From NCBI GenBank assembly GCA_947630855.1, contig CANRJF010000002.1, forward strand, positions 1,112 through 65,111: a DNA stretch of 64,000 bases, given 5' to 3'. The position numbers were made by a program, and so were the translations under genes. Origin of the DNA: an uncultured Lachnospiraceae bacterium (GTDB lineage: Bacteria > Bacillota > Clostridia > Lachnospirales > Lachnospiraceae). The notes beneath the pieces were generated by a model. That model ran no database searches, was not told the DNA's origin, and worked only from the letters and a program-made list of their open reading frames with translations. Within the stretch, counting starts at the first letter, position 1; each line of letters begins with the position of its first letter. Below, piece after piece: positions 17,101-26,625 of the stretch.

Positions 17101-17204
17101 TCTACCTGTCTGGATAAACCTTTAAACAATTCGACTGCAGACTTGACTGCCCTCAACTGGTAATCAAGATTATCATCAAATTGAAATGTAATGCGTTTTG
17201 ACAT
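14112..17204 (-). CDS. res: Type III restriction enzyme, Res subunit
   Basis: 1030 aa. Helicase motif I is TGTGKTYVY and motif II is IIIDEPQK. A C-terminal PD...ETK nuclease motif is present (YSPDWAIV...FIVETKADK). Confidence 0.9.
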   Translation of the reverse strand: MSKRITFQFDDNLDYQLRAVKSAVELFKGLSRQVDGIYRPNRTRKIGEGDPVRNNDIVVGSRLLENLRRVQLQNNLFADSALAEGNNFTIEMETGTGKTYVYLRTILELYKEYGFKKFMIVVPSIAIRKGVEKSMKQLQDHFKRLYNIDLSKHSFIYDSNNPKQVSSKLVESNDLSICVMNIQAFNKDTNKIRIEDEYGQILWEDIKYIKPIIIIDEPQKIEGTKRNKSKSLKAIEELQPLFTLRYSATHKQLYNQIYKLDSYGAYQKDLVKRIEVKTVHGVIPKDYPYIRYLSFTSDLKAKIEIFSQEQGGTIRFKMFHVGGGVSIEELSGNLPQYKDMRIAEEPHKLKPLQIATKEKVIELEQGHSTYEIEKNEAVRIQIRLAIQNHFIKQMNILRAGRKIKALTLFFIDSVDKVRDHTSPDGRGEYLRIFDEEYKKYISQNAVVIEKFKEYFPDYMHVQSVREGYFALDAKKNVVEIDGWDSSVDESNLKIKAKSQEDIDRGISLILEKKDELISFEEPLAFIFSHSALREGWDNPNVFTLCTLKSGGSEIAKKQEIGRGLRLPVDITGNRCLDRRINELTVIANDYYEHFAAALQKDFNDNMNFDKNEVTAEILISTLRTAGVPQGKVTPELVDTLKQELISAGVMNGENILKGTSSQITKLFDNMTFVDDTLYEHMQKIKQQFKELMIQKGTKKIEIRNGDNEQPQNCVRAFVSEGEFQQIYFALRENLTKRTMYKFKIDKDKFIEDCALEINNYLMFMKSRNEYKVEVGKAKFNESAMFVMEDISYGAKELEVETYSEPKSDFEIANYIMYHTMLPRLAIFKIIRAVKKRELLNNQDILDTVTQKILKMLNDIKAENITSYEVINGYELDSRNIFELDTISEEDFNVEWRVFQANANRSSAMNEYYKMDSKGEKEFAQKLENNQNVLLFTKLKKGGFIIDTPYGNYSPDWAIVCRKDSLHSPELGIYFIVETKADKQDVNLQEVERNKIRCGKLHFQAVSEQVRFDWVNSYEDFRQKFGVEESE

Positions 17205-17218
17205 AATCTTTTGTCTCC

Positions 17219-19153
17219 TTAAATAAACTCTACCGTATATGTGACTTTACTGTTTCCTGCATTCTTTTCTATAAGAGCCTTTAATCTTCTGAATGTTTCG
17301 TCTTTCAATGCAATATCATCCTTAAATGCAGAATCTCTGAAAATGAACTTAATCGGCAGTGGATCAATTTCTGCCAACTTATTTACTATTTCTACTGTAA
17401 TTTCTGTTTCAAGGCACACTAAATAGCTACTTCCATAAAGATATGTACGACTCCCAATGTCAGATAACAGTTCCAACTTTTCTGACAATGCCACATCGCG
17501 TTGCCTAAGCATCAATTCGTACACAATGTCCACATCTTTGGCTCCAGGCATAAAGTCTACAAGGTCAGGTGTACTTTCAACCTGAGATAGGTCTAGCTGT
17601 CCTGCATCCATAAGTGAATTCCATTTTATATTAGTATCTGCGACACGAAACACTTTAAATCCTATATCTATATTTGTGTCGGAATTCTCCTTCTTAATCC
17701 GCTCACCCTCGCGGCGAATTCGTTCTTTTCCAATCTCACATATTGTCTCATATCCTGCTGTATAAGCTTCTGTTCCTCCATCACATTCCTCTGGATATTG
17801 AACCATTATAAATTTCAAGTCAATTCTATTGTTCAGCGAATATTCCATTACGGCCGATGCAGTTGTTGCTGATCCAGAGAAAAAGTCTAAAATCACGTCA
17901 CCATTCATTAGATTAGGTGTAATCTGCAAAATTCTATTAAGTAAATCTTTCGGTTTTGCATAGTCAAATATCTTTTTCCCATCAAATAAGGCTCTAACAT
18001 CTCTTGTTGCTTTTTTATTTCCTTCTAAATCATTCCACAATGGGGATGGTCTTTTAGTTCTACCCTCTGCATAATATTTTACATATGGCCACCATACCTC
18101 TTCCCCATCTTTTATTGTCTTTTTCCATAATATATAATTATCTGCTAACATTTTATCATATGTTTTCTTTTCAAATCGCCAACGGCTCTCGTATCCTGTC
18201 GGTCCTATTGGATACACCTCTTCTCCATCAGGATTAATTATAGGATAAAACATATTCGGTCTGTCTTCCCTTCTATCATTGCTTCCTGTCTTCCGAAGTT
18301 GATCATATGCGTAATTTCCTCTCTCATCAACATAATTAAACCTCTGCAAATCATGGTCATTCAAAGGAATTCCTGTCAACTCCATTTCTACTGTTTTTGA
18401 ATAAATAAGAATATAATCAAAAGAACTTCCCAATCCGCCACTATCTTGACCTGTCGTTTGCCCAGTAGAACGTACTACACAACCCAAAAAACATGCCTCC
18501 CCATATATTTCATGACATATTTTTTTCATATTCTCTACTTCTCTATCATCTATACTTATAAATATTATTCCCGCATCATCCAATAAATCTTTTGCAAGCC
18601 TTAATCTCGAATACATCATACTTAACCAAATTGCATGATATCTATTTTGGGATTTGTTATTTACCACATATTTTTCTCCCAAATAACCTGTATTTCCTTC
18701 CGCAATATCACTTTCTTCTTTCGTCATATCGAAAGAATCATTATACACAAAATCATTCCCCGTATTATATGGCGGATCAATATAAATCATCTTAACCGCA
18801 CCATAATAATTCTGCCGCAGCAACTTCAATACTTCCAGATTATCACCTTCAATATAAAGATTCTCCGTGGTATCTGCATTCTTACTGTCCTCCGGAATAA
18901 ATTTCAGTGTCTTTCCAACAATATCTTCCTGCGCAATCTTCTTCGCATTCTTTTTGCCCGCCCAGGTCAGCTCATACTTTTCACTATCAACCTCTGTAAA
19001 CTGTCCTAATTCTTCTTTCAGTGCCTCAAAATCAACTTCCCCATCTTTAACCGCTGATGGAAATAACTGTGCTAATTTCTTTACATTATCTCCCACTACA
19101 TCATTAATTCTCTGCTGTATCTTTCCATATTCCATATGTAACACCTCCGTCAT
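17219..19153 (-). CDS. mod: Type III R-M DNA methyltransferase, Mod subunit (beta-class N6A/N4C)
   Basis: 644 aa. IYIDPPYNTGNDF (motif IV) precedes VILDFFSGSATTA (motif I). An ATGA overlap joins it to the upstream gene. Confidence 0.9.
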   Translation of the reverse strand: MTEVLHMEYGKIQQRINDVVGDNVKKLAQLFPSAVKDGEVDFEALKEELGQFTEVDSEKYELTWAGKKNAKKIAQEDIVGKTLKFIPEDSKNADTTENLYIEGDNLEVLKLLRQNYYGAVKMIYIDPPYNTGNDFVYNDSFDMTKEESDIAEGNTGYLGEKYVVNNKSQNRYHAIWLSMMYSRLRLAKDLLDDAGIIFISIDDREVENMKKICHEIYGEACFLGCVVRSTGQTTGQDSGGLGSSFDYILIYSKTVEMELTGIPLNDHDLQRFNYVDERGNYAYDQLRKTGSNDRREDRPNMFYPIINPDGEEVYPIGPTGYESRWRFEKKTYDKMLADNYILWKKTIKDGEEVWWPYVKYYAEGRTKRPSPLWNDLEGNKKATRDVRALFDGKKIFDYAKPKDLLNRILQITPNLMNGDVILDFFSGSATTASAVMEYSLNNRIDLKFIMVQYPEECDGGTEAYTAGYETICEIGKERIRREGERIKKENSDTNIDIGFKVFRVADTNIKWNSLMDAGQLDLSQVESTPDLVDFMPGAKDVDIVYELMLRQRDVALSEKLELLSDIGSRTYLYGSSYLVCLETEITVEIVNKLAEIDPLPIKFIFRDSAFKDDIALKDETFRRLKALIEKNAGNSKVTYTVEFI

Positions 19154-20205
19154 TTCAATAAATATGCATCCAATTCCCCATCATCATTTATAAAACTTTG
19201 GTATATATTTCTAATTCCAGCTTGTTTTGCAATATCTGTAATCAAGTCTCTTTCGTCATTTTCCATTCGCAATCCCAAAATCACCCCATCTGGTATCCAT
19301 TCTCGCATAACTTTACCTGTCATGTAGTATGGAACTATCATTCTCCATTCCTCATCATACTTATGACACTCTTTCTTTATTAATGTAATTCGTTCACGTT
19401 CCCATATCAAACTGCCAAACAGAGTGTTAATCTGTTGCAAATAAGCAATACTTCCCGATTTTTGCAGCATCGTACATATTGCCATATATTGTGCAAATCT
19501 TGTTGCATTATATTTTTCATCTGAATAAAACATTGGGTATAAGGGCGTTCCATACTGTGCAATCCCACATTGTGAACATTTCTCCTGCTTACCACATAAA
19601 AGATTATCCGCATTTTCCATATCGTACCTTAAAGCAAATCCTTTATGCTGGTCTGCATATTTGAGCCATAACGTTTCATTAAATCCATTTTCAGAAAAGC
19701 ATACAGACCAAGTATCCTTTTTAATTTCATTTCTAATATTTCTAAAATAGTCTGTACAAAAAGTGACAAAAGAATCATTTGTCATTGTATTTTCTAATGC
19801 AGAAAGCATTCCCGCCATTTCAACATCGCTAAGTGAAATCTGCATCATGCTTAATAAATTTCTTATTAATGGTTCAGCCTTTTTTACTGCGTTTGTATCA
19901 TTTTTTATTTCCGCAAAAAAATTTTGCATTCCTCTTAAATTCACATGAATAAATGTATCAAAAGGATCGTCATAATAGTTTGCTGTTGAAAAATACAGTT
20001 TATTGTACCTTAATGCCTCTATTGATTTCATACTTACTGGTCTGTATCGGTACAGATATTTTGGATACTTTATCATTTTTCTTAAAAGTGCACTATCTTT
20101 GTAAACATCCTTCCCCTCTAATGAACAAAGTGTCTCCCAAAATACCTGTCTATCATTATCATTCATAAAATCTTTCTCCTCATTCATATGATTACACTTA
20201 AACAT
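19150..20205 (-). CDS. DUF2971-like protein
   Basis: 351 aa. YLYRYRPVSMKSIEALRYNKLYFSTANYYDDPFDTF fits the DUF2971 N-terminal signature as I recall it. Confidence 0.65.
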   Translation of the reverse strand: MFKCNHMNEEKDFMNDNDRQVFWETLCSLEGKDVYKDSALLRKMIKYPKYLYRYRPVSMKSIEALRYNKLYFSTANYYDDPFDTFIHVNLRGMQNFFAEIKNDTNAVKKAEPLIRNLLSMMQISLSDVEMAGMLSALENTMTNDSFVTFCTDYFRNIRNEIKKDTWSVCFSENGFNETLWLKYADQHKGFALRYDMENADNLLCGKQEKCSQCGIAQYGTPLYPMFYSDEKYNATRFAQYMAICTMLQKSGSIAYLQQINTLFGSLIWERERITLIKKECHKYDEEWRMIVPYYMTGKVMREWIPDGVILGLRMENDERDLITDIAKQAGIRNIYQSFINDDGELDAYLLK

Positions 20206-20207
20206 TT

Positions 20208-20924
20208 CTATATCATATCGTTCATACTCTGTATTGATTTCTTGATTTCCTTATTCAACTTCACTTTCTCAGCACCCGTTACTGCCTTTTTCAACATCCC
20301 CCTTGTGTCAACCAGTTTCTTATAATATGTATACAGCAACTCCATATGTTCACTATCGTACCATCCATCCCCATCCAAAATAATCTCTGTATCGGAATAT
20401 ACACTCTCATTCATTATCATATATGTTCTATAATACCATTCCTTATATAGATTTATCTTATTTGCTTTATTCTTTATCTTCGCATAATCCAAATAACCCA
20501 ATAGTCTGGTTCTTCTACTATCCGGCAATCCCATTGGATAATTCTCTGTTAAAATACTATTTTCAACCACTATCTGGTTCTCATCAGTCAGATTCAATCG
20601 TTTCACTGCGAATGAATACAGCTCATTCTGTGAATCATAGATATGAAAAACACATAAAGGCTTAATTAGATTCTGATAAACAGATGCCAAATAGGATGCC
20701 GTTTTAATACTTTGTAGTTCCATATCATAAAACTGAATCACTTCACATCTGCACTCATTATTAATTATGGAAGGAATCTCTTCTCCCGCAATCTGATACA
20801 TAAGCCTTACTTCTTTAACTGCATCTTTAATACGTTTTTTATCTTCCGGCTTTAAATTCTTCGGTATAAAGTCTTTTAACGCCAGTTTGACATCCGTTCT
20901 ATATCTGTCAGGAAGGTTAAACAT
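20208..20924 (-). CDS. DUF4391-like protein
   Basis: The start was trimmed to the ATG at 20924, which follows AAGGTGGGG (MFNLPDRYRTDVKLALKDFIPKNL...). Size and pattern resemble DUF4391, a family commonly annotated next to SNF2 helicase and methylase genes. Confidence 0.55.
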   Translation of the reverse strand: MFNLPDRYRTDVKLALKDFIPKNLKPEDKKRIKDAVKEVRLMYQIAGEEIPSIINNECRCEVIQFYDMELQSIKTASYLASVYQNLIKPLCVFHIYDSQNELYSFAVKRLNLTDENQIVVENSILTENYPMGLPDSRRTRLLGYLDYAKIKNKANKINLYKEWYYRTYMIMNESVYSDTEIILDGDGWYDSEHMELLYTYYKKLVDTRGMLKKAVTGAEKVKLNKEIKKSIQSMNDMI

Positions 20925-20944
20925 ATATATCCCCACCTTTATCT

Positions 20945-21316
20945 CTAATTCAGCCAACCTAATTTCCAAGTTAAATAAGCAATTATCAAACCACTTATAA
21001 TTCCTAATACAAAACCCAAAGCTCCCCTAAACACCTTAAATAAACCTTGTAAAATCATATTAGAGAAATCCGTTTCTTTTAAAAAAACTAATCCTTTTCC
21101 CGAAACTCTTATTTCTCCCATTCTATTAAAGTGATAATCGCCATTTGCATCTTTCCATTCCTCAATATTTTCTAAAAAATCTTTTTGCAAACATTCATGC
21201 AATGCAAATAATACATCTTTGTCCTCTGATTCAATAACTACATTATAGCTATTTTTACATATTTGTTTCAAAACAAAACGCATTTTATAATTTAACGAAC
21301 TTATTGATTTTATCAT
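20945..21316 (-). CDS. small protein with C-terminal transmembrane helix
   Basis: 123 aa. C-terminal helix is ALGFVLGIISGLIIAYLTWKLGW. The gap after the SNF2 stop is 3 nt. Confidence 0.5.
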   Translation of the reverse strand: MIKSISSLNYKMRFVLKQICKNSYNVVIESEDKDVLFALHECLQKDFLENIEEWKDANGDYHFNRMGEIRVSGKGLVFLKETDFSNMILQGLFKVFRGALGFVLGIISGLIIAYLTWKLGWLN

Positions 21317-21319
21317 CCT

Positions 21320-24300
21320 CTACTCCACCACCAAAAACGAAACCAGTTCAAAGTCATCAGCGGTCTCTTCTGCAAATGCATTGTTAAATCCGCCAAAATC
21401 AAACATCATCTGCACAGCCTTTGATTCTTCCTCTCCTTTAATAGACCGAATCGCTTTATTGAGCAGCTCCGAGTAGAACTCCATTTTCGTAGCGTTCTTT
21501 GTCCGCTCAAAAAATTTTCCGAACAATTCCATAACAGGTACATTTTTACCATAACACAATTTCCTGAACTGCTTAACCACTTCTCTGGCTTGTCCATTGC
21601 CATATAACACTGTACCATCATTTAATATATAAATCAGATAATATGGATACAACGAACTGTCTGATTTCGGCTTGTCCATATCATTGCGATGTTTAAAGCA
21701 AAAAAGCACTCCTGTATGCTCACTGTCTGTAACAGAATAAATACCTCTTGGAACCTTCTTAATCTCCGGCACTGAATCGATGTACTCTGATAATTCATTT
21801 AGGTATTCATTCATGTTAAGGTCTGTAAGCGAAAGATTCTCACTCGCATCTTCAATATCAATCACTTCCTGCTGCAATCGCTCCAGTTGCCGCTTCCTGA
21901 AATTAAAATCATTCATTTCCGGCGTCAGAATATCTTCATCACCTGTTGAAACTAAATTCATCGTTGTCATCTTTCCCTTAACCCGCTGCTCTAAGCCTAA
22001 ATACTCATTCAGCTCCATAGCCGGAAAGAAGTTTATCATTTGAATATTGGTATTTTTACTACCAATTCTGTCAATGCGCCCAAACCTCTGAATCAATGAC
22101 ACCGGATTCCATTGAATATCAAAATTTACCACAGTATCACAGTCTTGCAAATTCTGTCCTTCTGATATACAATCTGTTCCAATTAGCAAGTCAATCTGTT
22201 CCTCCGCTGGAATTTCTTTTTTCATTTTTGCCATCGGAGAGAATGCACATAATACAGAATTAAAGTCTGCATCCACATTACGATTGTTGCATCGGATATC
22301 CTTACCTGTAATACAGGCAGTATATACACCATACTCCTTCATATAGTCCGCAAGCTCACGATACAAATAATCTGCTGTATCAGCAAATGCCGTAAATATC
22401 AGTATCTTGCGGTTCCCTGCATTATAAGGAGTTTCCGTTACTTTTTGGGTAAGAATTTCTCGAAGATCCTGTAATTTCTGGTCGCGCCTCTCTTCCAGAA
22501 TCCGTTTTGCATTCTTATGAATTTCCTGAATAATGTATTTATCGCTTGCCAAGTCCTCCAGATAATCATCCACACGAAGATGCTTTACATCTATCTCATA
22601 CTTGCCTTCCAAATATAACTCTTCGTCCTCCAGTTCTCCCTTCTCTTCGTCAAGTTGTCCGCTTCCCCTTAATAACAACTGTTCTGTTCGTTCAATGCGC
22701 TCCAATAACCTGCGTAATGTTTCCTCAAAAGAATACACGGAACTTTCTAACCGTTTAAAGAGATTAAATCTATGTAAAATAATCATACCTCTTGACTGTG
22801 TATCAAACTCCATTCTCCCGCCATGTTTACCCGTTAAAGAATATTTTTGAAGATAAATCTTTTTACAATCTTCCCGAATATATTTTGTAGGCGTATACAC
22901 ACTCAAAATCAGCGCTTCCAACAGCTCATTTGTTTTCTTAAATTGAAGTAATTCCCCCATAGTATCAATATCGCTGTTTAATGTTCTTGGAATATTTTTA
23001 TTTGGGAACTGCCCCACTCCCTTATTGCCATAATAATTTGTAATATGTTTACGACTTCTGGAAATTGTCATAAGCTCCAGCAATTTATAAAAATCCGATG
23101 GTAAACTATCTAACAGTTCTTCTTTCTTATGTGCAGGTTGTTTTTCCCATGCGTTGATACAAGCAGATGTCTTCCTTAATAAATTATCTATACTGGAAAT
23201 CCCCTCTTCTGCAAAAGCATAGTCCTTATCTCCTGTAATAATGCTGATCTGATTTTTCAAGTCAACCAAACTATTGTTGACAGGTGTAGCCGATAGCAGA
23301 AGCACCTTTGTATTATTATTGCCATGTTTAACGACATCTTGCATCAGCCTTGCATATCGTGTCATAATAAGCTGGTCATTCCCATCATATCTGTCATTAC
23401 GATTTCTAAAATTGTGAGATTCATCAATTACAACAAGATCATATAATCCCCAGTCAAACTTTTTTAAATCCTGCCCCGAACGTGACATCCCGCTATATCT
23501 GGACAAATCAGTATGGAACATAATTCTGTAATTAAATGTCTCATGCAAAAATGAATCTTTATAATCTCCACGAAATGAATTCCAGTTATCATATAGCTTT
23601 GCCGGTGTAAGAACAAGTACCCTGTTCATTCCAATCTCAAAATATTTAATAATGGCAAGAGCTTCAAATGTCTTACCAAGACCAACAGAGTCCGCAATAA
23701 TACATCCACCATAGGTATTCAGCTTACGGATTGCTGATACAACACAATCTTTTTGGAAGTCATACAATGCGTTCCAAATTTCTGTTTTCTTAAATCTCGT
23801 ACTATCACGTTCAAATCGTTCCACACCAATATCTAACTGGTTTCCGAATAATTCATTCAAAGTAAAATAATACAAAAATTCCGGTGAATGCTCTTTATAT
23901 ACATACTGTAGACTAGCCAGTAATTCTTCTTTATAATCTACCGATACTTGCTCATTAAACCAAATCTGTTTAAATGTGTTTAAAGCGCCTACAATCTGTT
24001 CTCTATCAGCGCTGCCATTTAAAATAGTATCAAAATTAATATTATTAAATGATTCCCTGCTCATCTTTTTAGATACCTCTAAGGAAGATGAGCCTTGAAT
24101 CATGAAGTCTTCATCAATAATCAGAACATTTCCACCAATGCGAATTCCTGTGTTTACTTTACGAATATTAACATGCTTTTTTATAAAATCATGCATGTTC
24201 CGAGCTTTTGAAAAATGCTGTAGTTTATTCTTCTCAGTAATATCATACGAATTAAATAATATATCCGTAGGATTAATTTCAAACTCATGCGCAATCTCTG

Positions 24301-24496
24301 TCTGATGAGGCAAAAATTTTACATCACGTATTACAAAATTTATCTCTTTTACGTTATGCAAATTTTTTTCTAATAAAGAGAATACCGATATCGTCAGCTT
24401 ATCATTGACGATATTAACTACCGCATTTTTCTTGTTCCGAAGAACTTCGTTAATTTTTTCAATCATCTGTTCGTTTGAATTAATAACATTCGTCAT
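21320..24496 (-). CDS. SNF2-family helicase with N-terminal extension
   Basis: 1058 aa. Motifs seen: DSVGLGKTFEALAI, VIDESHNFRN, LLSATPVNNSLVDL and QRFGRIDRIGS. Confidence 0.9.
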   Translation of the reverse strand: MTNVINSNEQMIEKINEVLRNKKNAVVNIVNDKLTISVFSLLEKNLHNVKEINFVIRDVKFLPHQTEIAHEFEINPTDILFNSYDITEKNKLQHFSKARNMHDFIKKHVNIRKVNTGIRIGGNVLIIDEDFMIQGSSSLEVSKKMSRESFNNINFDTILNGSADREQIVGALNTFKQIWFNEQVSVDYKEELLASLQYVYKEHSPEFLYYFTLNELFGNQLDIGVERFERDSTRFKKTEIWNALYDFQKDCVVSAIRKLNTYGGCIIADSVGLGKTFEALAIIKYFEIGMNRVLVLTPAKLYDNWNSFRGDYKDSFLHETFNYRIMFHTDLSRYSGMSRSGQDLKKFDWGLYDLVVIDESHNFRNRNDRYDGNDQLIMTRYARLMQDVVKHGNNNTKVLLLSATPVNNSLVDLKNQISIITGDKDYAFAEEGISSIDNLLRKTSACINAWEKQPAHKKEELLDSLPSDFYKLLELMTISRSRKHITNYYGNKGVGQFPNKNIPRTLNSDIDTMGELLQFKKTNELLEALILSVYTPTKYIREDCKKIYLQKYSLTGKHGGRMEFDTQSRGMIILHRFNLFKRLESSVYSFEETLRRLLERIERTEQLLLRGSGQLDEEKGELEDEELYLEGKYEIDVKHLRVDDYLEDLASDKYIIQEIHKNAKRILEERRDQKLQDLREILTQKVTETPYNAGNRKILIFTAFADTADYLYRELADYMKEYGVYTACITGKDIRCNNRNVDADFNSVLCAFSPMAKMKKEIPAEEQIDLLIGTDCISEGQNLQDCDTVVNFDIQWNPVSLIQRFGRIDRIGSKNTNIQMINFFPAMELNEYLGLEQRVKGKMTTMNLVSTGDEDILTPEMNDFNFRKRQLERLQQEVIDIEDASENLSLTDLNMNEYLNELSEYIDSVPEIKKVPRGIYSVTDSEHTGVLFCFKHRNDMDKPKSDSSLYPYYLIYILNDGTVLYGNGQAREVVKQFRKLCYGKNVPVMELFGKFFERTKNATKMEFYSELLNKAIRSIKGEEESKAVQMMFDFGGFNNAFAEETADDFELVSFLVVE

Positions 24497-24711
24497 TCAG
24501 TCGTTTTCTCCTTCTTACGCCTTGCGTCAGCAGGTTTCTGTGCATCGGCAGGAATCAACCACATTTTACCTTTTTTAATCACTCCATCTATTCGTCCTTC
24601 TATACATAGCGTGATAATTCTTCGCGAAGAAATATTCCACTTTTTAGACATTTCTACAGTTGTTAAGTATTCCATATCCAAAACCTCCTGCCACTTCACA
24701 TTATATTCCAT
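24493..24711 (-). CDS. helix-turn-helix DNA-binding protein (excisionase/MerR-like HTH)
   Basis: 72 aa with YLTTVEMSKKWNISSRRIITLCIEGRIDGVIKKGKMWLIP. An ATGA overlap joins it to the SNF2 gene. Confidence 0.65.
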   Translation of the reverse strand: MEYNVKWQEVLDMEYLTTVEMSKKWNISSRRIITLCIEGRIDGVIKKGKMWLIPADAQKPADARRKKEKTTE

Positions 24712-24773
24712 TATCGGAACAAAAGCAATTACCTATTTCATGTTACTGATTTTATGAATCATCTCACTGGAAA

Positions 24774-26003
24774 TCACCTTTCCCTATCTCTCTGTTTTTT
24801 CTGAACATTATCCTTTACTCCACAATATTTTTTCCGATACTCATACTCTTTCAAGAACTCATCATAAACTGTCATCTTATATTTCATACTTTTCATTTTA
24901 CCTTCATCATATCCCATCCGCTTCTGATACTCTTTTAATTCTGCCATTTGATCACCTGTCGGCGGAGGAAGCAGCTTTGCACGTTCTTCTAGGGAAAGCT
25001 TTGAAAAATCTATATCTTCTTGTCTAATAATTTCTGGTTTTTTCTCTAAAACAGCTTGGTTTTTACCCTGCCACTGTTCATTGAACTCTTGAAAAACGCT
25101 TCCATAAAAGATTTCTTCATCATTCTCATTCACGTCATTATCTGCCTGAAAACGATCGAAAGCTTCATAAAATGAAGTATCCCTATCACTCTTTTTCAAT
25201 GTTTCCGCTGTCATCTCTGATTTTTTGTTCGTAACACTCTCCAAATATTCTGATTTATCTGTTTTTATTAATTCCTCACCCCATTCCTCATTATAGAATG
25301 TATCCCTGACCGAGTGTGTTAGTCTCCGTTCTTTGCATTGTTTCCCGAAAAACTGTGACATCTCCTTCAATTCCGGCATTCCTCTGCGGAAAGATTTACC
25401 ATCCTTCAAATTACAGTTGCTCACAATAAAATGCACATGGATATGTTCCGTATCCGTATGCACCGCCCACATCACTTCATATTTTTTACTCCAGAAGAAT
25501 TTATGTGCAAATTCCCTTGCTATCTTCTCTGCTTCCTTATAGGTCAGCTTATCGTTATCCTTCGGATGAAAAGAAATCGACATCTTATGTGCCAGAATAT
25601 CTTTTTGTTTGTAGCGCAAATATCTTTTATCGTGCATTTTTCTTGTTATCAGCAAACTATTAGCAAAATTATCCCTGTTACATCCAAACGCTCCATATAA
25701 TTCCAGTCTTGTCTTCTGAATTCCTTCTTTTATCTGTTCTTTTTTCTTTCCAAGAATCTGATTCCGGCTCTCCCCAACCTGTTTTGCCAAAAATTCATCC
25801 GAACGAAGTATGGGCTTTCTGTTTTCTCCCACATTCTTTAACAGCTTCGTCCCAACTTGGGACATAGGTTCAGTAATTTTCTTTTCCTGCTGCTTTATGG
25901 CTTCCAGCTTCATTTTATAGGCATAAGCTTTCTCGCTAGGCTTGATATGCTCCCGCTGTAAATTACTATCCACCATCGCTATCGTCGCTTCTGCATCATC
26001 CAT
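24774..26003 (-). pseudogene. ParB C-terminal segment fused to an N-terminally truncated MOB relaxase
   Basis: DDAEATIAMVDSNLQREHIKPSEKAYAYKMKLEA is ParB-like. It is followed by SISFHP...AVHTDTEHIHVHFIVSN, the relaxase His motif. It is in frame with 26004..26291 across a TAG. Confidence 0.65.
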
Positions 26004-26291
26004 CTACACAATCATCACGGGAACTGTGTCTATGCCTGCCCATTCGCTGGCTACTTTTCTTCTGTGCCCTGTGATGATTTCATACCCTGCTCCAATTGGA
26101 TTTGTTCTTACAATCAAGGGAACAAGCACGCCCTTCTCCTCAATACTCTTTGATAATTCAAAAAGCTGTATATCATGCTCTACCTTGAACGGATGCCCCT
26201 GAAAATCATGCAGTTCGCTGATCTTTACATTTCCCGTATGCACATTGTGTTCGAAAATCCCACATATGCTCTTTTTGTTTGTCTGCTCCAT
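26004..26291 (-). pseudogene. ParB/Srx N-terminal domain fragment ending at in-frame TAG
   Basis: HPFKVEHDIQLFELSKSIEEKGVLVPLIVR...YEIITGHRRKVASEWAGIDTVPVMIV, then a TAG, then MDDAEA continues the ParB alignment. Confidence 0.65.
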
Positions 26292-26625
26292 TTGTTAATC
26301 CTCCTGCTTTTCGATTTGATTATCAAGATGCCTAAAGAATGCTGGAAGTTTTAAAATCAAAAAGACCGCCTGCTCCACACCTTAAAGATATAGAAAACAA
26401 GCGGTCTAAATGCGAACCAAATATTCGCATAGCTTACTTATTATTCAGTTGTTGATAAGTTTTTCTGTAATGATTAAATTTGTGAACGATATACTTTTGT
26501 GTCCACTCATACGAGTTCTATAACCACGGACACCTTAATCTCATGAGAAATCTCTTTTTTCTTTCCGATTTCAGATGTTCGATTAAACTTAAAAACCCTC
26601 GCCAAATGCGTAAATTCAAGAATTT

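Larger units (their letters stand above)
9480..26625. mobile_element. AT-rich genomic island (decayed integrative/mobilizable element carrying defence genes); borders approximate
   Basis: Composition shifts to AT-rich by eye. Contents are gene fragments, an R-M operon and a ParB/relaxase remnant. The right end abuts the 3' end of rlmD. No integrase is present. Confidence 0.5.

Noticed and set aside
26004-26006. In-frame TAG as evidence of stop-codon reassignment in the island
   Set aside because: TAG terminates core genes in the same window (rpsM, and the partial gene at 63852). The same ORF also carries a deletion fusion, so a nonsense mutation in a decaying gene is the simpler explanation.
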